This document shows, in pieces, positions 48,526-58,253 of a stretch of DNA of 64,000 bases. Numbering within the stretch: position 1 is the stretch's first letter; each line of letters opens with the position of its first letter. Origin of the DNA: an uncultured Acidobacteriota bacterium (GTDB lineage: Bacteria; Acidobacteriota; Terriglobia; UBA7540); assembly GCA_963804995.1 (NCBI GenBank), contig CAWDSK010000005.1, positions 128,001 through 192,000 on the forward strand, read 5' to 3'. A model generated the notes under the pieces. That model was not told where the DNA came from. It saw only the letters and a program-made list of their open reading frames with translations, and searched no databases. Both the position numbers and the translations under genes were made by a program.

Positions 48526-49920
48526 TCACGCATATTTCACGAACCCCGGGTTCAGGATTCCCTGGGGGTCGAACTTCTGCTTGGCGGCCACGACCGTCGC
48601 CCACTTCTCGCCGTAATGAGCCTTCCACGCGGCGTGGTCAAAATTGATCCAACCGGAAAGATAGCGTTTCCCACCCATCATGCTGGCCGCCTGGCTCGCC
48701 CTGTTCATATGCGGCAGCACTTCCTCCACATATTGCTTTTGCACGGCAGGCAGAATCCCGAAGCCCATCAGAAAGTTGCTTGTGGGGCGCATGAAGAGCG
48801 GCACGGATGAGGCTGTCCCGCGCGCCGGCCAGAGCAGGATATGCCCGCCCACCAGCGCCTGCGGGGGCAGGTTAGCCAGCACTTGCGAGATGTACATGGC
48901 GGTCGACTGCCAGGGCAGAACGCACTCCATCCAGGGATGCGCGTAGTCCCAAAACCCTCCGCGTTTCCAAAGCGCAAACAGGTTGTCGAGGCGGGCGAAA
49001 AATTCCAGCAAATCTCCGTCCTCCGTGTGGACGTGTTTGTAGAACTTGAGTCCGGCCAGCTTTTCCGCCGCCTCCTCGGGGGCGAGGCCGTCCTCGACTT
49101 CAACCGTTGCGTGCAGTGGGAAGAACCATTGCGCGAAAGGTACGCGTTGCCCGGCCACTTTTTTGAAACCCTGCGGGCAAGGCGTACACCACGATTCCAG
49201 GTCATCGAAGCGCGCCTCGGTCATCACGGTTTCGAGGTCGCTGAGCAAAGCGGGCAGCTCGTCGTAGATCAGGTAGAAGCTGCGGAAGCGCGGCCGGTGG
49301 CGCCGCACCTTCAGCACCGCCTCGGTGATGACTCCGAACTGGCCCGCACCGGCGCGCACGGCGTCAAAGAGGTCTGCATTCTTCTCGCTCGAACAGCGCA
49401 CGATGTCCCCGCTTCCGGTCACCACTTCCAGCTCCAAACAGTTGTCTGCCTGCGTGCCGTGCCGCCACGAGGCCACGCCCAATCCGCCCATGGAAAGTGT
49501 CCCGCCCACCGTGACGTCGAGATTATTCGTCAAGACCGGGGGTGAGAGGCGCTGCCCTGCGAGGTGCTCCACGAGCTGTCTCCATTTGATTCCCGCCTGC
49601 GTGGTCACCGCGGTCTCTTCAACACGCCGCACCTGGTCGAGCGAAGTTGTGTCGAGCACGATTTGCTCTGAGAGCGACTGCCCTGTCTGCGAGTGCCCAC
49701 CGCCGCGCGTCGATACGGAGAGCCCGTGCCGGGCCGCGAACCTCACCACGCGCGATACGTCTTCCGCCGATTCGGGGCGCACCACGGCCTGCGGCTTGCG
49801 CACCACGATGCGGCCGAAGTCTGTCGCCACGGCTTCGCGCGCGGCGTCGTCGGTCAAGACTTTGCCGGAAATTTCCCGGGCCAGTTCACTCGCCCAACTA
49901 ATGTCTTCTCCTTGTCCCAC
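48526..49920 (-). CDS. FAD-linked oxidase, cytokinin-dehydrogenase-like
   Basis: RGGGHS covalent-FAD motif, TVGGTLSMGG, HPW, KQKFDPQGILNPG. Confidence 0.8.
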   Translation of the reverse strand: MGQGEDISWASELAREISGKVLTDDAAREAVATDFGRIVVRKPQAVVRPESAEDVSRVVRFAARHGLSVSTRGGGHSQTGQSLSEQIVLDTTSLDQVRRVEETAVTTQAGIKWRQLVEHLAGQRLSPPVLTNNLDVTVGGTLSMGGLGVASWRHGTQADNCLELEVVTGSGDIVRCSSEKNADLFDAVRAGAGQFGVITEAVLKVRRHRPRFRSFYLIYDELPALLSDLETVMTEARFDDLESWCTPCPQGFKKVAGQRVPFAQWFFPLHATVEVEDGLAPEEAAEKLAGLKFYKHVHTEDGDLLEFFARLDNLFALWKRGGFWDYAHPWMECVLPWQSTAMYISQVLANLPPQALVGGHILLWPARGTASSVPLFMRPTSNFLMGFGILPAVQKQYVEEVLPHMNRASQAASMMGGKRYLSGWINFDHAAWKAHYGEKWATVVAAKQKFDPQGILNPGFVKYA

Positions 49921-49949
49921 CTAAGCGGGTAGCCAGGGTCAGTGCAGTC

Positions 49950-50118
49950 CTGACCGTGGGCTTTTCTCATGCCATGTCAGCAGGCTGCGCATTCAGAATC
50001 AAAGCAAGAACCCACGGTCAGAAAACCACTGACCGTGGGCTTTTCTCCTGCTATATCGGTAGGCCTATGTCTTCAGAATCAGAGGAAGAACCCAACGGTC
50101 AGAAAACCACTGACCGTG
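49950..50118. repeat. ~80-bp tandem units bounded by CACGGTCAG/CTGACCGTG palindromes
   Basis: CTGACCGTGGGCTTTTCTC..TTCAGAATCA..ACGGTCAGAAAACCA repeated twice. Confidence 0.7.
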
Positions 50119-50137
50119 ACCCCCTTCTAAGGTCAAT

Positions 50138-50830
50138 CTACTTTTTCAGTGTGCGCACGTAAGCAATCACGGCGTCCACTAATTGCGGTGGCAGACGATG
50201 CCGGAAGCCGGAGTCATCGATCTCAACAGGAGGCATCGTGCTGGTGCCCTTCGTGATGATCTCCCTCAAGTCCGCGTCCGACTTGCCTTGCACCTCTGCT
50301 GACGTGAGCCTCGGAATGGTAACCTTAAAGAATTTGTCCGCCCTCTCATCACCCTTGCCCGCCGGGCCATGACATCTGCCGCACGTCTGATCGTAAGCCG
50401 CTTTTCCAGAAACCTTGCTGTTATCGTTCAGACCGGAAATTAATAAAATCTCGTAACTGTGGTTTGTCGGGGTGCTGCGCAAAAGGATTCCATCCGACCG
50501 GGGCATCCATACTTCGGAGAGGATGTGGCCGCCACCCGTTTTGTCGAAGACCAGCGTGCCCTCCCGGAGAAATTGGGACGGCCCGCTGAGCCGAGAGACG
50601 ATGGCGGCTACAAACACCTCGCCGCTGGCTGATTGCACTCGGACTCCAGAGCTGACCACTGAAAGAGTATACGTCCCCGCCGGCAGCACCTTCGAACCCA
50701 AGGTAAACTCATAGGGGATTTCGGCCCGCGCCAGGAACTGCCCGAAGGCCGGGGCAACCGCCAAGGATGTGACGAAAATGAAAGCCATGAGCCTTATCGC
50801 CATCGCACTGCGAGTTTTCATTTGTTGCAT
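50138..50830 (-). CDS. Periplasmic beta-domain fused to a mono-heme cytochrome c
   Basis: AGGAGG RBS, signal peptide, IPYEFTLG..LPAGTY domain, CGRCH, distal TMP. Confidence 0.8.
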   Translation of the reverse strand: MQQMKTRSAMAIRLMAFIFVTSLAVAPAFGQFLARAEIPYEFTLGSKVLPAGTYTLSVVSSGVRVQSASGEVFVAAIVSRLSGPSQFLREGTLVFDKTGGGHILSEVWMPRSDGILLRSTPTNHSYEILLISGLNDNSKVSGKAAYDQTCGRCHGPAGKGDERADKFFKVTIPRLTSAEVQGKSDADLREIITKGTSTMPPVEIDDSGFRHRLPPQLVDAVIAYVRTLKK

Positions 50831-51185
50831 ATTGGGGCCCTCCTCCTGTTTTCGTTTGACTGTGCATCATCTGATGAACGTTAGGTCGCGTCAAGCTATT
50901 TGTGTATAAATCGTGTGACCTGCGCAGGCGAATGGGTTGACACCTGACGCTTATTCAGGAAGGGGAGGTGTGAAAAAATACCATTTTCACCGCTGAGACG
51001 CTGAGACGCAGAGAAATGACCCTTTGTTTTCAAGCCTCTGCGCCTCCGCGTCTCCGCGGTGAAAGGTTTGATGGGATTTTTTCACAGCTTCTCGTTGAGG
51101 TCTGCGGTTCTTCCTGCACCCATTGAGCGAAAGTGTGTTGGTGAAGTAGCCGCCTGTGGTGGGGATTAGCGGGTTAGTCATAATG

Positions 51186-51624
51186 AGAGCCGCGGACCCC
51201 AAAACCGGGGGACCGCGCTACGAAACATCTCCGGCCTACGGTTACTGTGCATCATAAGATGGAATTCCATGAGCAAACGTAGCGCAGACCTCCGCCGTTG
51301 AGGTCTGCGGTTCTTCCTGCGCCATCTGAGCGAATGTATCGTGGCGATCTCGTTCGTGTTTGGAGTTTGTAGAATCTTCAAACGAAGAGCCGCGGACCCC
51401 AAAACCGGGGGACCGCGCTACGAAACATCTCCGGCCTACGGTTACTGTGCATCATAAGATGGAATTCCATGAGCAAACGTAGCGCAGACCTCCGCCGTTG
51501 AGGTCTGCGGTTCTTCCTGCGCCATCTGAGCGAATGTATCGTGGCGATCCCGTTCGTGTTTGGAGTTTGTAGAATCTTCAAACGAAGAGCCGCGGACCCC
51601 AAAACCGGGGGACCGCGCTACGAA
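51186..51624. repeat. 200-bp tandem duplication of a REPIN unit
   Basis: Period 200 (51186, 51386, 51586); one T/C difference seen. Confidence 0.92.
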
Positions 51625-51671
51625 GCATCCGGACCAAAGGGCGGCATAAAGCCCGCTCCCCTGCTCTTTTC

Positions 51672-51701
51672 TTGACTTGCGCTTGACCCAGCCCATAGAA
51701 T
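51672..51701 (+). promoter_or_regulatory. Promoter candidate for cysS
   Basis: TTGACT-18 bp-TAGAAT. Confidence 0.45.
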
Positions 51702-51732
51702 TGTCCGTTTAGGTACGCAGCGAAACTCCACT

Positions 51733-53248
51733 ATGTCCTTACGCCTCTACAATACGTTGACCCGCCAGATCGATGAGTTCGCGCCGCTCGAAGGCAACAC
51801 GGTACGCATGTACACGTGCGGGCCCACGGTTTACGCCTTCGCGCACATCGGCAACTTCCGCACCTTCATTTTTCAGGATGTCCTTCGCCGCTACCTGAAG
51901 TATGCAGGTTACGAGCTTCGGCACGTCGTCAACCTCACGGACGTTGATGACAACACGATCCGCAATTCCCAGGCGGCGGGGATGCCGCTCCGCGCCTATA
52001 CCGACCAATATATCGACGCTTTCCTGATCGATCGGCAACTCCTCAACCTGGAGGAGCCGGAGTTTCTGGTTCGCGCCACGGACTGCATTCCGGAAATGGT
52101 GCGGCTCATCCAAACCCTTGTGGATAAGGGTGTTGCTTACTCCAGCGAAGGGTCGGTGTATTTTAAGGTTGCCGCCTTCCCGCCTTACGGCCAGTTGACC
52201 CACCTGGATCTTTCCAGCGTGCGCGCCGGCGCCCGCGTGGATACCGATAAATACGATAAGGAAAACGTCCGCGACTTTGTGCTGTGGAAAGCCGCCAAGG
52301 AAGGCGAGCCTTTCTGGGAAACTCCCTTCGGCCCCGGGCGGCCCGGCTGGCACATTGAGTGCTCCGCCATGTCGATGAAGTACCTGGGAGAAACCTTCGA
52401 CATCCACTCCGGCGGAAGCGATCTGATCTTTCCCCACCACGAAAATGAAATCGCGCAGAGCGAGGCGGCCACCGGCAAACCCTTCGTGAAATTCTGGGTG
52501 CACGTTCGAGCACCTGATCGTTAACGGTGAGAGTATGTCGAAATCACTCGGCAACTACTACACCTTGCGCGACCTGATCCAAAAAGGCTATAAGCCCTCG
52601 GCGGTCCGCTATCTTCTGGCCTCAGTGCCTTACCGCAAGCCCCTCAATTTCACTTTTGACGGGCTGCACCAGGCGCAGCAGTCGATCGACCGGCTGCGGA
52701 ATTTTCGCTTCCGCCTGACCAAAGAAAGTTTCCCAGCCGGAGAGAGTTCCGCCCTGCAAAATCGCGCGCGGGAGGCACGGGAGAAATTTGAAGCGGCGCT
52801 CAAAGACAATGTGAATACCGCAGAAGCGCTCGGCGCGATTTTCGATATGGTGCGCGACGGCAATACGGCGATGGACCGTGGGGACTTCCGTGACGGCGAC
52901 CGCGGCGCCTTCCTCGACACGCTCGAACGTTGGGACCGCGTCTTTGCCGTGCTCGACGATAACGACCACGCCAAGCTGGTAAAGTTCGGATTCGTCAAGC
53001 CGGTGGCGGCGGATTCGGGAGCCGGAACCGTCCGGGACGCCACGCCGCTCGAAGCAGGCAACTCTCAGCCGGCCGCGGTCCTGGTCGAAACCTTGGGCGA
53101 TGCGGAAATCGAAGGATTCATTCAGGAGCGTGTTGCCGCCCGGCGCCGGGGCGATTACGCGCGCTCCGACGAGATTCGAACGAACTTGCTTAACGCGGGT
53201 GTTATACTGGAAGATACGAAAGCTGGAACGCGTTGGAAGCGGAAGTAA
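51733..53248 (+). CDS. cysS: Cysteine-tRNA ligase; +1 indel at 52505-52506
   Basis: [29 protein letters not shown]; removing one T gives [18 protein letters not shown]. Confidence 0.95.
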
Positions 53249-53391
53249 CCATGCGGAACCTGCAACATAGTCTTCCGTCATTGGCTCGGCCCAACCTTTT
53301 TGGGGGCGACTAATTCTCTCCGCTGTCTCCTCACCGAAGGACCTGGAACCTGGCATGAACGCTGCCCGATGCAGCGGAGAGGAGAGATTTC

Positions 53392-54735
53392 ATGGAAACC
53401 AAACTGCCACACATTACGACGCCTCTTCCCGGGCCCGAAGCCCAGAAGATTCTGGCGCTCGATAAGCAGTACGTTTCGCCATCCTATACACGTGATTATC
53501 CCCTGGTCGCCAAGCGCGGGCAGGGCGCGATTGTCGAGGACGTGGACGGCAATTACTTCCTGGACTTCGCCGCCGGCATCGCCGTGGTCTCAACCGGACA
53601 CTGCCACCCCGATGTGGTGCGGGTGATCCAGAAGCAGGCCGAAACCCTGATCCATATGTCGGGGACGGATTTCTATTACCCGCTTCTGGCGCAATTGGGC
53701 GAGAAGCTGGCGCAGATCACGCCGGGGAAATTCCCCAAGCGTGTGGCCTTCGGCAACTCCGGCGCGGAAGCCATCGAAGCGGCCATGAAGATTGCGCGCT
53801 TCCACACCAAGCGCCACCGCTTCATCGCTTTTCTGGGCGGATTCCACGGCCGGACGATGGGGGCGCTTTCACTCACCGCCAGCAAGACGGCGCAGCGGCG
53901 GGGATTCGGCCCGCTCGTGCCGGGTGTCGTGCACGTGCCTTTTGCCAATCCCTATCGCTGCCCCTCCGGGCACCGCGCTCCGGAATGTGTGTGCGATTGC
54001 ATCTGCTCGGACCATATCGAACGGCAACTGTTTAAGACCACCGTCCCACCCGATGAAGTCGCGGCCATCGTGGTTGAGCCCATCCAGGGCGAAGGCGGTT
54101 ACGTCGTTCCGCCCCCGGGGTTCCTCGACAACCTGCGGCGGCTGGCCGATAAGTACGGAATCCTGCTGATCTTCGATGAAGTGCAATGCGGCATGGGACG
54201 GACCGGCAAAATGTGGGCGTGCGAACACTTTGGTGTCGTGCCTGACATCCTGGTTGCGGCCAAGGGCCTGGCCTCCGGCATGCCGCTGGGTGTGACCGTG
54301 GCGCGCGCCGACCTGATGGATTGGGGACCGGGCGCGCATGCCTCAACCTTCGGGGGCAACCCGATCGCCTGCGCCGCGGCGCTGGAGACGATTCGCCTGG
54401 TGGAAGAGAAGTACATGCTGAATGCCGCCCGCCAGGGCGAGTACATCATGGGCAGACTCGCCGATTGGCCCCATAAGCATCGCATCGTGGGCCAAGTGCG
54501 CGGCCGCGGATTGATGATTGGAATCGAACTGGTCAAGAGCCAGGAGAGCCGTGAGCCGAATCCGGAGGCGCGCGGCAAGGTGATTGAGCGAGCCTTCCAA
54601 CAGGGTTTGCTGGTGCTCGGGTGCGGCGAAAGCACGATCCGGCTGATGCCGCCGTTGGTGATCGATCGGGATCAGGCGGATTTTGCGGTCGAACGTCCTG
54701 GATCGCTCCATCGCGGAAGTGGAACACTGAAGTAG
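53392..54735 (+). CDS. Class III PLP aminotransferase (GabT/ArgD-like); likely +1 indel at ~54692, true stop 54730
   Basis: GNSGAEA, FHGRT, EPIQGEGG, DEVQCG, AAKGL, STFGGN. Confidence 0.9.
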   Translation: METKLPHITTPLPGPEAQKILALDKQYVSPSYTRDYPLVAKRGQGAIVEDVDGNYFLDFAAGIAVVSTGHCHPDVVRVIQKQAETLIHMSGTDFYYPLLAQLGEKLAQITPGKFPKRVAFGNSGAEAIEAAMKIARFHTKRHRFIAFLGGFHGRTMGALSLTASKTAQRRGFGPLVPGVVHVPFANPYRCPSGHRAPECVCDCICSDHIERQLFKTTVPPDEVAAIVVEPIQGEGGYVVPPPGFLDNLRRLADKYGILLIFDEVQCGMGRTGKMWACEHFGVVPDILVAAKGLASGMPLGVTVARADLMDWGPGAHASTFGGNPIACAAALETIRLVEEKYMLNAARQGEYIMGRLADWPHKHRIVGQVRGRGLMIGIELVKSQESREPNPEARGKVIERAFQQGLLVLGCGESTIRLMPPLVIDRDQADFAVERPGSLHRGSGTLK

Positions 54736-54846
54736 CGGCGAGTTTACCTCGCCATATTGCGGTCGTAGCGGCGAGTTTACCTCGCCATACGGCGGTCGTA
54801 GCGGCGAGTTTACCTCGCCATATGGCGGCGGTTAAGCCGCCTCTAC
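54732..54846. repeat. 3 x 33-bp tandem GTAG REP plus inverted closing REP
   Basis: GTAGCGGCGAGTTTACCTCGCCATA at 54732, 54765 and 54798. Confidence 0.9.
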
Positions 54847-54877
54847 AACCAGCAGCACCACCGAAAGGCACGGCACG

Positions 54878-55342
54878 TTGAGCATCCTGGTGCAGGTCAT
54901 GTATCGTGCGCTGGTGTGGAAAGAACGCCAGCGGGCACGCTACGCCCCGCCACACCCGGCAGCTCCCCTGAGCGAGGCGGAGCATCTTAAGACCGGGGCG
55001 CGGGGCGAGACTCTGGCCTACTGGTATTTACGGCAAGCAGGTTATGCCATCGTGGCACGGAATCGCCGGGCCCGCTCCGGCGCCGGTGAAATCGACGTAA
55101 TCGGTTGGGATGGGCCGGTACTGTCTTTCGTGGAAATCAAGACGCGGATGACCGACCTGGCTGGCCCGCCCGAGGCTGCGGTCAATAAACCGAAACAAAA
55201 ACGTATTGCCAAGGCTGCCAAGGAATACATGCGGCGCATGGGGCCTAAGCCAGTCAGCTACCGGTTTGATATTGCCAGCGTCGCCTGGGATACGGGGGCG
55301 GGCTTGCAGGTTCGACTTATCAAGGACGCCTTTAAAGCATAA
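54878..55342 (+). CDS. yraN: YraN/UPF0102 family endonuclease
   Basis: GARGE..GY..ARN..GEIDVI..FVEIKTR..RFD. Confidence 0.88.
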   Translation: MSILVQVMYRALVWKERQRARYAPPHPAAPLSEAEHLKTGARGETLAYWYLRQAGYAIVARNRRARSGAGEIDVIGWDGPVLSFVEIKTRMTDLAGPPEAAVNKPKQKRIAKAAKEYMRRMGPKPVSYRFDIASVAWDTGAGLQVRLIKDAFKA

Positions 55343-55381
55343 GGCGAGGGAATAGGGGATAGGGAATACGGAAAAGGAGTA

Positions 55382-56401
55382 ATGACTTTGCCCGAACTTA
55401 GAAAAGATCCGGTCACAGGCCGCTGGGTTATTATCGCCACGGACCGGGCGAAACGGCCATCGGATTTTGTGCGTGATAAGGTGCAGATTCGGGGAGGCAG
55501 CTTCTGCCCCTTCTGCTACAACAATGAATCGAAGACCCCTCCGGAAATCCTCGCCTACCGGAGCGATGGCAGCCGGCCCAATGGTCCCGGGTGGTCGCTG
55601 CGCGTGGTGGCGAATAAATTTCCGGCCCTGGGAATCGAAGGCTCGCTGAACCGCCAGGGCGAAGGCCTCTACGACAAGATGAATGGCATCGGCGCGCATG
55701 AGGTCATCATCGAAACACCCAACCACAATCTGACCCTCGCCACCCTGCCGGCGCGCCAGATTGAGGACGTGCTTTGGGCTTATCGCGACCGCATTATCGA
55801 TTTGAAAAAGGACCGCCGCTTCAAGTACATCCTGATTTTCAAAAACCATGGCGATGCCGCGGGCGCGTCGCTGGAACATACGCACTCGCAACTGATCGCG
55901 CTGCCCGTGGTCCCCAAGCGGGTGACCGAGGAAGTGGCGGGCGCTCGCGACCATTTCAATTTCAAGGAACGCTGCATCTTTTGCGACATCATCCGGCAGG
56001 AAATCGACAGTAAAGTCCGGGTGATTTCTGAGAATGACGGCTTTCTGGCCATGGCGCCGTTCGCTCCGCGCTTCCCCTTCGAGATGTGGATCATTCCCAA
56101 AACCCATCAGTGCGCCTTCGAGGAATCGCAGAAGCGGGAGTTTGAGCAACTCGCGCCCATGCTCAGGGATATGCTGGCGCGCCTGGACCGGGTGCTGGAC
56201 TTCCCGGCGTATAACTACATCGTCCACACCTCGCCGATTGGGGAATCCGCCGAGGACTATTACCATTGGCACATGGAAATTATGCCCAAGCTCACCAAGG
56301 TGGCCGGATTCGAATGGGGAACGGGATTCTATATCAACCCCACGCCGCCGGAAGAGTCGGCAAAGTTCCTGCGTGAAGCCGCCATGCCCGTCAGCGTCTA
56401 G
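55382..56401 (+). CDS. galT: Galactose-1-phosphate uridylyltransferase
   Basis: ELRKDP, CPFC, NKFPAL, GASLEHTHSQ, GFEWGTG. Confidence 0.92.
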   Translation: MTLPELRKDPVTGRWVIIATDRAKRPSDFVRDKVQIRGGSFCPFCYNNESKTPPEILAYRSDGSRPNGPGWSLRVVANKFPALGIEGSLNRQGEGLYDKMNGIGAHEVIIETPNHNLTLATLPARQIEDVLWAYRDRIIDLKKDRRFKYILIFKNHGDAAGASLEHTHSQLIALPVVPKRVTEEVAGARDHFNFKERCIFCDIIRQEIDSKVRVISENDGFLAMAPFAPRFPFEMWIIPKTHQCAFEESQKREFEQLAPMLRDMLARLDRVLDFPAYNYIVHTSPIGESAEDYYHWHMEIMPKLTKVAGFEWGTGFYINPTPPEESAKFLREAAMPVSV

Positions 56402-56550
56402 AGGTTTTCAGGGGGAAGAATCTTCCTGCCCTTGTCCCAGATGTGCGGCTCCGCGGGGCATAGCGCGCCAGGTCCCACCAAAAGAAGGGGGAACCCCACA
56501 AAATCCACCCCCGGAAATCGAGCCAAAATTTCAAGGGTGCGGCGCTACCC

Positions 56551-56790
56551 ATGGACTTGGAACTCCAGGTCGAATGCTATGCCGGTTATCGCGCCGACGA
56601 GCGTCCATTGCGTTTCAACTTCGTCGGGAAAACAGATGCAGCGAAGTATGAAATCAGTGAAGTCCTGGATCAGTGGTATGGAGTAGGATACCGTTGCTTC
56701 AAGGTTCGTACCGAGGATGGAAACATCTATATCCTCCGCCATCAGGAAGACACTGACCGCTGGCTTCTCGATTCTTTTCGGCGCGCTTGA
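56551..56790 (+). CDS. Conserved small hypothetical protein
   Basis: VECYAGYRADERPLRF..DQWYG..FKV..YILRH..W. Confidence 0.7.
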   Translation: MDLELQVECYAGYRADERPLRFNFVGKTDAAKYEISEVLDQWYGVGYRCFKVRTEDGNIYILRHQEDTDRWLLDSFRRA

Positions 56791-56948
56791 TCGAGAATCC
56801 ATCCATCCTCACTTGTTGATTCGCTTCGTATGAAGCAACCTCTGCTCACAAAACCGCGTCATGACATGTAGAGAAGAAATGTTCAAACAGCAGAAAGCCT
56901 TTTAGACCGTGGCCTCACCTAACCTGATGGGGAGCACGCCGGGACGAT

Positions 56949-57917
56949 ATGCAGAAAGGTGAGAGCATCATCTCCATTGCGCTGGCTGCAGTCGTATTCT
57001 TCGCCATCCTTGCCATCCAGCGTAGATGGAATCCCGCCAACCTGAAGGACGTCGCGAGTTCCGCGGAGGACTTCATCCTGACCACCACGGGCATCCGTGG
57101 CCAGGTTCCAGACATCGCCGGTTACGAAAGAGTCAAGACCTTCACGCTGGGGGATTATCGTGCCGGCCTGTACCGCGCCACGCCCGCGCCGTTGGTCTTC
57201 GCCTCGGGCCGCCTGGTGATTTACGACCGCGACGCCAAGCCGGTCTACTCCCAAGAGACTCTTGAAGGCTCGAAGGAACCCTGGACGGCTCTCTACGATT
57301 TCTCCGGCCGCCATGGACTCAGCGTGGCCGGCAGCCGGACGCGCCCCGACTACACTCGTGATCTTACCGGTGAGGGAATGCGGGAGATCGTCATCGGTCA
57401 GTATTCCGGCGGAGACCATTGCTGCACAGTGGCCACCATCATCACCCTGGGCCCTCATGCCGTCACCACCATCGGCCGCATCGATGGGCTCGATGGACTG
57501 CCTTTCGAGGGGTTGGAGGTTCGCAAGCTCAATAAAGATGCGAGCTGGGAATGCATCGCGCACCGCCCCTATGTGACAACCTGCGGCTCACATGGTGATG
57601 CCGCCGATGTGATCTCCATTTACGCTTTCGGGAATGGGCGCTACTCGGATCAGACAGCAAAGTTCGGTGACTACCTGCTGGAAGTGCTTCGCCAAAATCT
57701 GATGAAATGGCGGCAGGAAAAAAGCCGCAGCTTGAATCTCCTGCAAACATTGGCCATCAACTACGCCGCGCTTGGCCAGAGGGATGAGGGGAAACGCTTC
57801 TTTGCCTTGAACCTGAACCAGTTCATACCAGATCTTCAGAAGCAGGGCGTAGACCTCAATGCTTGCCAGGAAAGCCTGGAAGATCTTGTAGACCGCGTGC
57901 CCGCCGTGGGCCCGTAG
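56949..57917 (+). CDS. Hypothetical membrane-anchored protein
   Basis: N-terminal TM; DLTGEG..YSGGDHCC motif; high-GC codon usage. Confidence 0.75.
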   Translation: MQKGESIISIALAAVVFFAILAIQRRWNPANLKDVASSAEDFILTTTGIRGQVPDIAGYERVKTFTLGDYRAGLYRATPAPLVFASGRLVIYDRDAKPVYSQETLEGSKEPWTALYDFSGRHGLSVAGSRTRPDYTRDLTGEGMREIVIGQYSGGDHCCTVATIITLGPHAVTTIGRIDGLDGLPFEGLEVRKLNKDASWECIAHRPYVTTCGSHGDAADVISIYAFGNGRYSDQTAKFGDYLLEVLRQNLMKWRQEKSRSLNLLQTLAINYAALGQRDEGKRFFALNLNQFIPDLQKQGVDLNACQESLEDLVDRVPAVGP

Positions 57918-58253
57918 GCTCATTTTGGATTTGCGATTTTGGGTTGAGGAGGGTAAGACCCCAATTATGGTTTTTGATTTCCGAGAATTCTCAAACGACA
58001 ACGTGACCCCTCACCCGTCCCGCCCCGGCTGATGACAACGCCGGCGGCGGTCCACCCTCTCCCCTCGGAGAGGGCTAGGCACCGTATATCCCACCCTTCT
58101 CCCAGGGGAGAAGGTGGCCGACGTAGGAGGACGGATGAGGGGTTACTTCCACGCGCGGGACGTCGGAACAATTTACAACTTATAAATTCAAAAACCATTA
58201 TTGGGGCGGATTTTGTTGGGCGGAGTCGCGCCTTAATCCAAAATCCAAAATTA

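Noticed and set aside
51178..51602. Twin 74-aa ORFs or a CRISPR-like array
   Set aside because: Products of the 200-bp REPIN duplication; spacers are not unique
52495..52540. Programmed frameshift or split cysS
   Set aside because: No slippery heptamer; the same 11-mer breaks an unrelated gene, so a systematic error is simpler
54732..54846. Possible CRISPR (palindromic repeats, period 33)
   Set aside because: Only ~8 near-identical bases between units; the unit is a dispersed GTAG REP
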